Assembly: GCF_009834535.1 (NCBI RefSeq)
Contig: NC_045711.1
Location: 28,644,001 to 28,708,000 of the forward strand
DNA from: Camelus ferus
Lineage: Eukaryota
Length of the DNA: 64,000 nt
Direction of reading: 5' to 3'
The notes under the pieces were generated by a model. That model made no database searches and was not told where the DNA came from. It was given only the letters and a program-made list of their open reading frames with translations. The translations under genes and the position numbers were made by a program. Shown piece after piece: positions 49,676 through 63,100 of this stretch. Each line of letters begins with the position of its first letter. Position 1 is the stretch's first letter.

Positions 49676-51275
49676 CATGCAATCATTCCATGTTGGTTAT
49701 CTAAGAGCCACCAGAAAACTTAGAACCAGGTCTGTGATCCGTGTCTGGCATTGTTAGAAAACAGTTTGGTGTCCACTGTCTTATCTTCATCCTTTATTAT
49801 TTTTTTTTACCTGATTCTCCCTAGTATTTACTGTTTTTCTTCTTTTATGCGTAATTTTGTAGACATCTCAGGTCCTATGGAATAAGACAGAGAATGAATA
49901 AATGAAGGCGAGAGGGAAGATAAAGCTTTAGCCTGCCCAGTCGATTAGATGGCACTGAGCTCTCGGTGCCCTAGAAAGACCCCTTCGCTGGGAGTCCGTG
50001 GTAGCTCAGAGAGAAGTGCCTGTCCTCACTGCTCTAAAGTTAGGGGTCTTCAATTTACGGCATTTCCTCTTCCATCTCCCTCTTTAGGAGAACCCCTTCC
50101 TTTGTTCAACAGACTGTCTTTAAAGTTAGTTGCAATTTACAGAATGTGGTGTTTGCAAATACTTTATCATAAAACAGTTTAATTTGAGGGAAAATGTTCA
50201 GTTTGGAGTGTGAATGTTCTAACAAAAATGTTATGATGGACCAAGTTTTTTAAGTATGTGTGTCCCACTTGGACCTCAGAAGCCCAGACGTGATCACCTA
50301 TCTCCCTGTGTAGTGGCTGGGTCTACACCTACCCCTCTGCCCCTGGAGCAGCCCAAGATGCCAAGACCCACACCTGTTTCTCGCCACTGATGTTGTCCCT
50401 GAGGAGACCTGCCCTTGAATCGTTATCCCTCTGTGAATAAGGCAAATCAAGGTCCGGTTGGTAGGGGCCCTGAGGGCTTGCAGAACAATGTCCCCTCTTC
50501 CTTCTCCACTAACAGCACCTGCCCCCCTGCCTTAAAGAGGCGGGATGGAGTCGCATTCCCTCTGAACTCAGGAAAACACCTCTCTCCTGGGTCAATGGGA
50601 AAGGAGGCAGCATTAATCCTGTCTTTTGTTTTATTCCTACAACAGGAGTCTGTTGTCTGTGTATAAAGACCCAGCCAAGTTGAATAGAGAACTGATCTCC
50701 TTTTGAAATCTGGGGGGAAAAAAAAAACCCACACCAAAGCGTTCGATCCCGTTAATGCATCCTCTACCCAGCTGGGCAAATGGCTTCAAATCACCAGGAC
50801 GCTCAAGATTGTTGTTTCCAAGATTAGTGGTCCTCTAGTTAAGCTCTCTCAAGTTCCTTCCAGGTCTATTTAAGAATCTGTAATTTTATCCCAGTATCCT
50901 GCTTCTAAGCCAGGACTTGAGCGTGTAGATGAAGACAAAAATAAGTTCTGTTAGACAGTATGCTGCAGGGAAAGACAAAAGTTCTTCCCATTTGGAGCTG
51001 TGTCGTTTGCTAATGTCTCAATACACATTCCGGTTAGAAGTTAGGGGGAGGGATTTCAAATAAACCGTAGGAATGGTTTCCTGATCCTTCTTGTTTCCCA
51101 GGGGATGTCTGGGCTTTTTGAAATCTGTTCACTATCTTTTAGGAGATCTTTTCTGAGCACAGGTCTGCACAGAATCAAAGCAATGAAATGGTGCTCTCGA
51201 GAGTTCTCCCATCCCTGTAGCAATATTTTTCCCCACTATTGCTTATTGTTCCCTTATCATTAAGAAATAAACTAT

Positions 51276-51602
51276 TAAGACAAATGAACATAATTACAAA
51301 ACAGAAACAGACTCATGGACATAGAATACAAACTTGTGGTTGCTGGGGGTGGGGGTGGGAAGGGACAGACTGGGAGTTCGAAATTTGTAGATACTGACAG
51401 GCATATATAGAATAGATAAGCAAGATTATACTGTAGAGCACAGGGAAATGTATACAAGATCTTGTGGTAGCTCATGGTGAAAAAAAAAACCAACATTGAA
51501 TATATGTATGTTCATATATAACTGAAAAATTGTGTTCTGCACTGGAAATAGACACAACATTGTACACTGACTATAACTCAATAAAATAAAATTTTAAAAA
51601 AA
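51276..51602 (+). mobile_element. Young L1 3' UTR fragment
   Basis: Colinear with 48650-48960: aagacaaatgaac...acagaaacagactca...gacacaacattgta...ctgactataactcaataaa. Confidence 0.9.
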
Positions 51603-52871
51603 GTTATTATGGATTTAAAAAAAGAAAAAAAGAAAGAATCCATTGCTACTGCTCTGCTTAATTGTGATTGCTCTAAGGCAAACTTACCACGTGCTCTGAG
51701 AGACTGTCCGCGGAGCTGACTGTTTGACAGCTATTTGAAATTCTTTGCTCTTTGGGAGGGGAATTCAAGACCTGAGCTTCAGATTGGGTGGGCACCTAGC
51801 GTGGAGGGTGGTATAGAGGATTCTTCAGACGAGAACGAGGAAGGTCCCTATTCATGAATACTCGCAGAATACTGGCTGAGCCTTGGGCGTGTTGAAAATG
51901 GGAAGCGAGCTCTGGGGGCGAGTTATTCTGGTAGTGAAAGGGAAGCAGGTCCATTTTTGCAACTGGAGGGAGCCTTAGGACCAGACGGATCCTGTATTCA
52001 GGGCCCTTTATTAAGAGCTGCCTCATTCTTCTGCTTTATGTGCTGCCCCCCCCATTCCCCGCCTGGCGCCCCCATCCCCTGCCCTGCGCCCCCACCATCC
52101 GCTTCCTTTTTCTTATATAAGACAAAGCCTAAAGCTGAAGGAGTGACAGGAGACTCAGAAAGAAACATGAAAGCATGCACATTACAAAGGCAACATTTGC
52201 TCAGTTGCTGGTGACATTTCCCCAAGTTTAACAGGTCTTTTCATGCTTTGGAGAACAAGTCTCATGTTTCTGAAAGGCGGCAGCAGCAACCTTTCCAGCG
52301 CCAGAAGGGCACTGCCCGTCCAAGGCTGGGCCACCTCCTGCCAGCCCACACTTGTCTCCTGCTCAGTCTGATTAACGGGCCACCGGGATGGCACACGCTG
52401 GGGGAAGAGCATGGCTGGGAACCCAAATTCCTGGGCACGAGGAGTACCGCTAGCCTCTGCGATCTGCTCATCTGTGCCTAGCTCTTCGTTCCCAAAGCCC
52501 ACGTTAATAATCCTTAGGGGAACTAGAACACGCTGTACCACCAAGAGCAAGTATAATAAAGTGGAAATCAGTCAGTCCTTCCTCTGGCAACGCGACCAGA
52601 GTGAGTCAGATTTTACATAGAATCTAATATTCCCCTTCAGTTTCAAGAAGGATAACACAAAGTATTAAATTCATTCCCTTTCAGAGGGCAGTGCCCTGTT
52701 CTGGATGCCATCGACTCCTCCCATCGCCCGCCCCCACCTCCTCCTTGAAACTCCCAGCACCTCTCAGTCCTTCCGTGCTAAGTTTTCATTAATGGAATTT
52801 CGAAAATACTAGGATGATTAAGAAGTCGCCGGGATTGCTACTCAGCACGCCGGGGAATTGATGGTTGTGAG

Positions 52872-53172
52872 CAGAGGTCAAGTTAAATCTGGTCCACCTG
52901 CTGTTTTTGTGCGTCTCCTAAGCAAAGGGTGTTTTTACGTTTTAAAATACTTTTTAAAAATCAAAAAGACTATTTCCTAATATGTGAAAAATATGTAAAA
53001 TTCACATATCAGTGTACACAACTAAGTTCATTGGAAGGGGGTCCTGTTCATCTGTTGACAGGTGGTCCAGGGCTGTTTTTTTGGTGCCAACAGCAGAGTT
53101 GAGGACTTGCAACCCAGAAAGCCTAAAATACTCACTGCCTTGCCCTTTATAGAACAGGTTTGCCAGCCACTA
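52872..53172 (+). mobile_element. MER58B-like hAT-Charlie MITE
   Basis: Contains cacctgctgtttttgt, tgtgaaaaatatgtaaaattca, cagcagagttgag and aaagcctaaaatactcact...ccctttatagaacaggtttgccagcc. Confidence 0.85.
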
Positions 53173-53628
53173 GTTTAGAGTTTGACCTTTATTTAACCCC
53201 CTAAGCTTTATATCTCTCAAAAACAAGGGCATTAAGATCCTGCAGGATTGGTGGGATTAAAGTCACAACTAGCTTCAGCTGCAGGGTTCCCTGGAGAAAA
53301 GCTGTGCTTTGCCTGCAGAAATGTATTGTGCCAAAGGAGATGGAGGACCCTGAGAGAGTTTACCAGCTGCAGACGCCTGGGAGTTAGCTAGAAAGACGGT
53401 AACTCGTATACTCTGAGGTCAGAACGCGCTTGCTTTAAAAATTTGAGTAACGTTTTCTTCCACTGAAGACACTGAAGGTAGGAATACGTTTCTCTCTCCT
53501 TGTGTGTGGTTTATGCATTCCCCTGAAAAAGTTGCACTTAAAATCCTATTTTTTAGTAAATTGAGTAATAACGTCTACGCAGGAGAGCATCTGTGTATTT
53601 AAGTTCCCTCTTTTGTCGTATTATATAT

Positions 53629-54194
53629 GGTATTATTTATCTCATGCTGCGTAACAAATTATGACATACTCAGCAACTTAAAACAACACAGATTTATGAT
53701 GTCGCTGTTTCTGTAACGGGAGTTCATGCATAACTGAGTTGGCTCTTCTGCTTCAGGATCCCAAAAGGCCGCCATCAAAGTGTTGGCTGGGGCTGTAGTC
53801 TAACCCCAAGGCTCAGCTGGGGAAGGACCCACTTCCTGTACACGTGGTTGTTGCAGCATTAAGTTCCTGGCGGCCTCTTAGGCTGGGAGCCTTCGTTTCT
53901 TGCAGGTTATTGGCCAGAGGCTACAATCCCTCCCTTGTCATGTGGGTCTTTCTGTAGAGCTGCTTACAAAATAGCAGTTTGCTCCATCAAAGCCAGCATT
54001 GGGGAACACCTTCCCCCAAGAAAGGTTATTATCTCATGAAATATAATTATGGAGGTGACATTCCAATGCCTTTTCCAGGTTCTGTTAGCTAGAAGCAGTG
54101 GTTTTCAATCACATTCAAGGGCAGAGGAGCACCTGAGGGTGCAAGTACCAAGAAACGGAATAATTGGGAGCTATCTGAGAAACTATCCGCAACA
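53629..54194 (-). mobile_element. MLT1 solo LTR (MLT1E/F-like)
   Basis: Contains gctgcgtaacaaatt...aacttaaaacaacac, atcaaagtgttggctggggctg and ggctcagctggggaaggacccacttcc. Confidence 0.8.
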
Positions 54195-56245
54195 TAAAAT
54201 TATATACATTTACTTCCGCAGATTAACCAGGAATGTCCTCAATGAGGGGTGCGCAAATGTGAGACATGTAAGATGAGGTGCAAAGTGAACTATTAATTTT
54301 TATTTCTCTTTTGATTACAATTTTTAATAATTAAAAATAAAATACTTTTCTATAGTGTTAACATTTCCCTGGCTGACTAATTTCTCCTTGGTTCTCTCCT
54401 TACACCACGGTGTATCCTTCCATCCCCGCATTTATGCTAATTGGCAAACACCAGCTGACACATCTGCCTCCCTCACTGTAGCCTGAGTTCCTTGAGGTCA
54501 GAGACTCCAATTTGGCTATTGCAACCCTGCCTGGCACAAAATAGACTCTCAATAAATGTTCACTGAGTGTGTAAATGAATGAACAAATAAATGCCTTAAA
54601 CTTTCCATGTGCCTTTTCCCCTTTGATCAAACTCATATAACTTAGTGTGATGCAAAAATAATTGTTATATATTTATTTTATATATTCTTCATACAAACTC
54701 ATACCTTTCCCCCCAAATATTGCATGCTTAAAGCCCAGAGCTCACAGAGATTGCTCAGGGCCAGAATTTAAAACCTGTGTTTTTTATTTAAATGCCTTAT
54801 TTTTTTCTCCTAGGGCTGCAACCTGATTTTTGACCTTGTCTTTGAAATGTCGACCAACTGACCTTGATTCCAAGGGCCTTGATTCCAAACCACACGTCCC
54901 CCTCTAAAGTGTGGTGCACGTAAGGAGGGAGGGGCCAAGGGCATCTGGCCAAAAAGTTCTTTGATGGAAATGGGAGGTGGGAAGGGTGGAAGTTCTTGTG
55001 TTTCATTATGGTTGGAATCCAGAATGTTCTGCAATGTACTAAAAAATAAATGTATTTTAGCAGCCCCTTTGCTGGGGAAGGCTGATTTTTGAAAGAACTT
55101 GGGAGAGAATGTTTTGGTGAACTTGTGTACCGTCCCATAAATATTTTTGCTAAAATTATAGAATTGTCTGTTTCCTTTCAAATTGCATCAGGACCCAGGC
55201 AAGAGCGATGAGTTTTTAATGTGGAAATTTCATGCACACATTTCGGCTTCCTCCTCTTCTTCTTCAACTTTGCCAAGTCTCACTTTATGTTTAGTGAAGA
55301 TTGATTTATTGGTGCTTTCTTGGCCTACCTGCTGTGTTATGCAATTCCTTACCAGATTCAGAGACACAACCATCAGTTTGCAGACTGGTTTAGTTGTAGC
55401 CAAAAAAGAGGTTTATTGGAATTCAGGCTGATTTATTTGCTGTGCTGAATGATTTTTACATAGCCTAAAGCTTCATCCTTCTCTTTTCTTCCTTCTTCGA
55501 AATTAAAAAAAAAAAAAATTAATGAGACACAGTGCAACTTGTTCTGTCCCTCGGGGTGCAGGAAAAAAGACTGATCTGCAGCTGTTTGGAAACTGCAAAA
55601 TGAGAGAAATTGTTACTTTGGGTGGTTGGAGAGAGGAAGCTTGACTTTCTTTTTCCTATAAAATGTCAGTAACTAGGCAGAAAAGAGGACCCAAAAGGAC
55701 AAATACGCTCATCTTTGGGACCTGTCAATGGCAGAGGTAGGTGCTGAGGCATTGCTACTTCTAAATGGGAGGTGCCGTGACCAGGGTCACTGTGCCTGGC
55801 CTCCACACTGGGGTTTACCCGCTGTGGACAGACTTCCGATGCACCTTCAATCCTGTTGAGTGTAACTGACATGAATGCTTTTTGGGTCAACGTCCCAGTA
55901 ATTTACCTAGCATCTCCTTCTCTCTGGGCATTGCCAAGAATAGAATCCAGCTCAGCCCAGAATGAGTTTGCTCCAAGTTCTCATCAAACATAATTTCCAC
56001 TTGTTTTCAAACTGATAAATTTTGAAAGGAGCATCTCCTGTTCACTTTGGCTTCCTGAGATAACTGTTCAGCTGCACATGTCTTTGCTTCGCATCAGCAC
56101 AACTTGAGCAGTATTTATACTCCAGCGTATTATCTCACGTTCAACAGCACACGCTGGGTGAGTCAGGAACCTCCTAATGTTGGTGAAAAAGGAACTTAAA
56201 AGTTATTAACCCATGCAAATTGGGTAAGGTGTCATTAGGGATGAC

Positions 56246-56644
56246 TGTTAGGGGCTGAGATGTGTACCATCCCCCACCAAATCCACGTGCTGAAGTCCTA
56301 ACCCTCAGTAGCCCTGAATGTGTCTAGACTTGGATAGAAGGTCTCTCAAGGAGTAATTAAGGTTAAAGAAGATCACTGGGGTGAGCCCTGATCCGATATG
56401 GTTAGTGTCCTTATAAGAAGGCGGCACTGGGACTTAGAAAACACAGACCAAAGGATGACCACGTGAGGACACAGAGGGAGGGCAGCCATCTGCAAGCCAA
56501 GGAGGCAAGCCTCGGAAGAAACCAGCGCTGCTGATACCTTGATCTCAGACCTCTAACCTCCAGAACTGTGAGGAAAAAAAATTTCTATTATTTAAACCAC
56601 CCAATCTGTAGAGATTTGTTAGGGCAACACTAGCAAACCAACAC
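56246..56644 (+). mobile_element. MLT1A/B-like solo LTR
   Basis: Contains tgttaggggctga...gaagtcctaaccctcag, gtgtccttataagaagg, gccatctgcaagccaagg and cctccagaactgtgag. Confidence 0.9.
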
Positions 56645-57929
56645 AAGGAGTTAATCTTCTAGGCAAGGTGCCGCCTTCAGGCAAAACTGCTCTCTCTGGG
56701 TGGAATTCACGTTAGACCTCATTCTGACGTGGCTGCATTTTCCCTGTTGCATGGTTTATTTGTGCAAAAGGCTTGTCTTGTCAATCCACATGTGTTCCCT
56801 TGACTTTCTGTTGTTTATCCTGGCATCAGGACTATATACTGACTCCTCCGTGGGTATACGAAAGGCATTTACAGAAGGTCTAGAGGACGATTTTCTTTGC
56901 TGAGATTATAACGGTGAAAATAAGAGTAAGTGGGGTGTGAAAGGACCATGGTTTTAGTACCTACATGGATAGACTTACGCCACATTACCTAAGAGCCATT
57001 CCTCTTAAATAAAAATGGCTACTTGATACAGTAGAAAAAGCATTAAACTGGAAGTAGGTAATATATGTGAAATCCCTCAAAAACTTTCGAGTTGTGGATA
57101 ATTGCAGTCTGATCTTTCGAATACCCTTGGGATGTAAGTGGGGCAGTATCATCACTGCCGTTTTTCAGCTAAAGGGACAAAGACTTGAAGAATGTAAGAG
57201 ATTTGTAAATGAAGTGTTTGAATCTCAAACTCAAGTCTTCGGGTTTGAAAGTCTGTCCCTTTCCTCTCCCTCCACACCGACCCTGTAAATTTAGTACATT
57301 CAGTGAGGAAAGGAAGAAACACACGTAGCATAGAAACTGGTCATTAATGTTGGGTAAAACTGATGTTTTTACCACAGTAAAAATCTCGGTAAGAAGCAAG
57401 CTACATAGGAAGGACTGGTCGCTTTTTGTTCATTTATTACTTAATAAGGATTCTTAAATACATCTTTTGTTAAACATTCTTGATAAAAATCATGGAAAAG
57501 GCATTAGTCTACTTTATTAAAAAGAACAGTGTGATGTGCATAATTTGTATTTTATTCTGCTTATTAGCTATGATATAATTTCATGTTTTAATTTGCAGAG
57601 TAGGATTAGACCATTATGGAAAAGTCTGAGATGGTTTGAAGCTATTCTGACCTGGAGTTCTACCTGAAATGAGCTACTTGGATTCAAGAAAATTAGCAAA
57701 TTCTGCGCAGGCACTTTGTAGTCAGTGGAATTTGGGGAGATTAAATCTTCCATTGAAGGGGAAGGTATGGGGAACTCATTTTGTGCCTGGCCCCAAGACA
57801 GGGAACAGAAAACGCACAACAAAAATAATATTTGAGGAAGTGGAATGTGGAGCAGTGAGAAATGTATGGGAGGAAGAGATAAGGAGAATTCATTGTGAAG
57901 CCTTGTATAACTCAGGTTTGATGTGAGTG

Positions 57930-59030
57930 TGACCACAATAATATTTGATTGACACTTTAAGTAATTTTCTTATGGACAGTACAGAGTTGAGCCATATTTT
58001 AAAACTCATTCAGACAATTGCTGTCTCTTCATTGGTGCATTTAGACATTTATATTTAATGCGATTGTTGGTATGCATAGCTAGGTCTACCATTTAAAACT
58101 TTTCTATTTTTGTTTTTTTCACTGTTTCCTTCTCTCCTCCTGTTTGCCATTTCTTATTTTTTATTAGGTTATCTGAAGTGTACCCCACCCCCCTGTTTTG
58201 GTACTCCATTTTAATGTATCTATTGAGATTTTGATTATACGTTTCCGGGCAGTTATTTTAGTGATTAGTCTAGGGGTTACAATATACGTGCTAAACTTTT
58301 GTCAGTCTAGGTACAATCAAAATGTTACCACTTCGTGCTGAATATAGAAACTTCCCTACCATAAGTTTCTTTTTATCCTCCACCCTTTGTACTGCAGTTG
58401 TCACATCGTGTACCCTGTATATCCTTGAAAAACTCCGTCAGGTAATTGTTGTAAGTTTGTTTTCAATTATTAAACCTACCTTAAAGGATTCAAGAATTGA
58501 AAGCAGCCCATTATTTTTACCTGAACACTTCCTATTTCTGTTGTTCTTCCTGTGTTCTCCACGTTTCAATGTTCTGTCTGGCAATCATTCCCCTTCTGTC
58601 CAAAGAACTTGATTTTGGCCAATATTTTAGGGCAGCTCTACTGACAACACATTCCCTTCTTTTTCCTTCACCTGAGAATGTCTTTATTTCACCCTCAGCG
58701 TTGAATCTTCTTACTGAACATAGATTCTGGGTTGACAATTATTTTCTTTCACCATCTAAAAAAATGTCATGCTCTTTCTTTCTGGTCTTTATGGTAGATG
58801 AGGAGAAATCTGCAAGAATTTAATCATTATCCCCTCTAGACAAGGCTTTTTTTCTTGCTCCGGATTCTTCCAAGATTTTGTTTTTGCCTTTAGTTTTCAG
58901 CAGCTGGGTTATGTGGATCTGGGCATGAGATTCTTTAAGTTTATTTTTTCAGAGGATCGCTTGGCTTCTTGAAACTGTGGGCTTACTCTTTTTCCAAATG
59001 GGGAGGTTTTTGGCTATTATTTCTTCCAAT
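57930..59030 (-). mobile_element. Ancient L1M fragment (ORF1/inter-ORF/ORF2 start, antisense)
   Basis: T-rich plus strand with ttggtgcatttagacatttatatttaatg, cacctgagaatgtctttatttcaccctca and ttggctattatttcttc, all typical antisense L1M blocks. Confidence 0.8.
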
Positions 59031-60017
59031 AACATGTTGATAAGAAAAAAGAAAAACTATTGACCATAGATGCATTAGCCATAAGACACCCATTTGTCTT
59101 AAAAGAATCCTAGATTTAATTCTAAATCAACAACAACCTGGTTGCAAAGCTGCATCGTATGGCAGAGAGTCTGAAGATTTAGGAATCAGATACCTTACTT
59201 AGTTATGTGTTTTTGACCATGTTATTTCATTTCTTCAGTTTTTTTTAAATTAATGTATAAATCCAGGGTGTTGGATTTAAGCAGAATCTCTTAGTCTTTG
59301 GCTAATGGATTTCCAGTGGGTTTATGCACGGATTTCTATTCACAAACTGCTGATACTACCGGGTATGTGAGTGCCTGTGACTATCGATGGTTAATAAACC
59401 ACCAAAATGACTCAACATCCCTTATTCTGTGAGCCTATTGAAGGTGAAAAAGAGATTATTTCACAACATTATCCAAAAACAAGAATCAGGGCAGCAAATT
59501 ATCGATAAAACAGCACTTAAGGAATGAGTGTAGGACTAAGAACTAGTCAAGAGGGGTGCAAAGAGGGAAAACAGCAGGTAAGGTTTGTAAAATATCATCT
59601 TATGAACGTTCCTTTTGGTTTATTTAAGATGATTTTGCAGAAAGACCCCGCAAATCCTGTGTTCATTTATAAATGACTCAGCCACAGACGAGAGGCTATT
59701 TCCACAGATACCTTTTCTTCTTTCGCTAATGAGCGAGCAGTAAGTAAAACTGGTGAAGTGCTGATGATCACGTCTGCTAAGTCTTTTTGGTGCAAGCACA
59801 GAAAATAAGACTGAATGTAATGGTGGGAGCTGTCAAGCGATCCCCACAGACAGGACACCTAGTACAATGGCCCAAGAAGGGAACAGACATTGAGGGAGAA
59901 GGAAGGCCACGTGAGTGGTCTTGGCGGGCAGTGTTGAAAATGCATATCAAATGGGGTCAGAGAGGTAGTCAGGAGCCAGGTCCAGAAGGATTTTGTAATT
60001 CAAGATTTTATTCCAAT

Positions 60018-60197
60018 AGCACAGGGAACTGTATTCAATATCTTCTAATAACCTCTAATGAAAAAGGTTGGGTCTTTTTGAAAAAGAATATGAAAATGAA
60101 TTAATGCATGACTCTCTATGTGCATGATCGGGACATTGTGTTGTACACCAGAGATTGACACATTGTAACTGACTGCACTTCAACTAAAAAAAAAAAA
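60018..60197 (+). mobile_element. ~180 bp L1 3' fragment with 14-bp TSD, inserted in an L2
   Basis: Runs agcacagggaactgtattcaatatc...gacacattgtaactgactgcacttcaact plus an A tail. TSD GATTTTATTCCAAT at 60004-60017 and 60199-60212. Confidence 0.85.
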
Positions 60198-63100
60198 GGA
60201 TTTTATTCCAATTCCCACTGGGGAACATTTGGAGTATTTTAAGGCAAGAACTGAACTGACTGGATGTTTAAAAGCTCACTCTGGACACTGTATGAACAAA
60301 AATGGATGTCTCTATTGTTATTAAATTATCATTAACGAGTACCTACTTTGTGTTAGACATTGTGTTAGAGGCTTGGGGTGCAAAGATGACTGAAGAGGTT
60401 CACCGTCTAAGAGGCAAAGCAGATGTGTGGTCATGTAATTATAATTTAGGATGATAAGGACTTTTTAAAGCATGTAAATAATTGTCCCCCCAAACAAATC
60501 CCTTCTTCAGTGATTTACGTGTGTGTCAACCCTGTCCCTAACATGAGAATCATCTTTACTTCAACCAATATTCTACTCTAGAATTACGGTTGGGATTTAG
60601 GGAAGAGATAAAGAGAGCAAGAAATGAAGGTCTCTCCTTCAATCATTCTTTTTTGTTCCCTCTGAAGAATAAGCGTGGAAGTTTAAGAGTTCAGTACGTC
60701 TTTCCTGGACTAGTAGCAGTCGTATTAATAGTAGTAACAGAAGTAGAGGCAGCGATAACAATAACATTGGTCTTCTGCTCATTTGTATTGTGCTGTGTAG
60801 TTTGTATATTGTTTTATGCATATCTTTTGTTTGTTAACCTCATTATTCTCAAGACCTCGTGGTAGAATAATAAAAACTGACATTTTACCTTGTCTATTTC
60901 ACCAACGAAGAAACAGTGAAAGGAGTCATCTCAGTGACTTTCAAACTTCTAAAATGATGACCCAAGAAGTGCGTTTTGTTTTGTTAACATGGTAAACACA
61001 TCTGTACCTACATATCGTATGGTACGTCTAAAATAAAAGTTCATGAGACAGTACTGATCCTTGCTACATATACACAAAGTACACAAAGCACTCTCCTATT
61101 TTGTATGTATTTGTAATATGCTATTCCATTTTTTTAAAATACGGATCACAACCAACTAAACTGACAGACTGCACCCCACAGTTTGAAAAACTTTAGATTA
61201 AATGTTGGCCCAAGATCACACAGCTGATAAACTTGAGTGTCTGGGGTTAAAACGCAGGTCTCTGGGCTGAGTCTAATATTCTTCCCACATAACTCACATC
61301 TCTGGTCCTACTTTGTATCTATTCCAATCTAACCAGCTGACTTCAGTGGGACTTATCTTCCTTAAAAAAAAAAAAAAGTCTACTGCACACAGATATACAA
61401 ATCTTTGCTTCAATCTTCAATAACAGAATATGGGCAAGGGACCCCATATTCTTCCCTTGGTGTCCCTAGCAGGTTTGTGAATGAGCCTCTCGATGTCGGT
61501 GTCCCTCCCTCGTGAGTTTTACACCTTCTGCCAAATGTCCCTCACACCTGTTCTATGCTTTATGTAAAAGGTTTTTTTGCCATTCCCTGAAGACACCAGA
61601 CACGCCCTACCTTAGACACGTTGTTTGTAATGCTCCTATGCTGGAAATACCGCATCACCGCGTACCACCAGCCACCTCTGTAGGCTGGTGGTGACCTCTT
61701 AGGTTTCAATGTGAAGTAGAAATTAGTTACTTTGGCTTAAAATCAGAATTAATATGCGTTTCAGAACATAAAATTACCCTGGGACAATGGTATCAGGTAA
61801 GTGTGACTACATAAGCAAAATAATTCGGGTTTCAGTGGAGTAAGGTGAAAAAAGGAAGAGGAGTTTTCTCCCTAAGTGCCTGGTTGTTCCAGAATGTGAA
61901 ACACGATTGTGGAGGGGAAGCATGGATGGATACCGAAGCTGTAAAAGGTTTGCAGAAAAGGAATCTTTATTTGCTTTGGTTTATAATACCTGCAAATACT
62001 GAGTCTGAAAAGAAGTAATAAAATGTGTTAAAATTTTGCCCAAATTGGTTCAGTTTAATTGGCTTATTTGAAAGGAGGACAAAAGCTGGTGAATCCTCTA
62101 CTCCCAAATGTTACATTAAAGCAAAATCAAGCTATCTTACTTAGTTAAGATGATAAATTACTCTTGGAGTGCTAGTTACTAGAGGTTGTAATAAGTTTTT
62201 CTTTAATTGTCTGTGTAATCTGCTCAGATAGCAAATGTTCCATATCTCACCATATAATTGTGATTCGTGTTCGCTTCATTGCACCTTTTGATTATTTAAA
62301 AAAAAAAAAACTTGTAATGAAATTCAAGTTCCTCACAGTCGTAATTTCTTACTATGTTAATTTTAAAATAGTTTAATATCATTTTATTTTGATTAAATAG
62401 GTAACTAATTATTGTTTCTCAGGCAGCCATGAACCTCTTGCAACCAAGTGACAAAATGTGTGTTAACACACTTGATTTTGTCTTCCCAAGAGCAGGCCCT
62501 AAAATTAGGGTACAAAAATTAGGGCACATTTTCCACCTAAAAATATCTTTAGGATTTCTTAGAGGGCCTCTGGAAAATCACAGTGATCTGTTTCTTCATC
62601 TTATAAAAAGAGAGATGCTAGAAATAGTTATGAGTGTTACACATGTTCCAGGCTTCTTAATTAAATCAACTCTATTCTAAATGGCATGGGAAGAATTGTC
62701 AGGTTAGAAGGAATGTTCAGCCTTTTCTCTATTAAGTCGATGTAGGGAAAATGTGATAATTATGGGGTTTTTTTTCCCCCAGATACTGTACACTTCATGG
62801 GAAAGCCCTGGAAATGTTTCGATGCTTTCTCTGTTCATAATGCATCCTTATCGTCAAGGAAAATAGTGATTTCTCTCTGTGAAATGTTGTGCACCATATT
62901 CCAATAGAATTTGACTCCCATCATTATATTTTTGGTTATTATACTAAATTAACCACAGCCTTTCATTCTTATTATCAAAGAGGTCTCTGTCGTCCCATGA
63001 CACTCACCTAAAAAGCAAGCTATAGCAAGCTCACGGCGTTTCTCCTCCAAGCTCCAGGCTGGAGTTTGCATCTTTAAGACAAAAGAGTCTTAGAGTGAGA

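Noticed and set aside
49951-49970. Hairpin GGCACTGAG-CT-CTCGGTGCC as a possible small RNA
   Set aside because: A 9-bp stem with a 2-nt loop is far too short for a pre-miRNA and is expected by chance.
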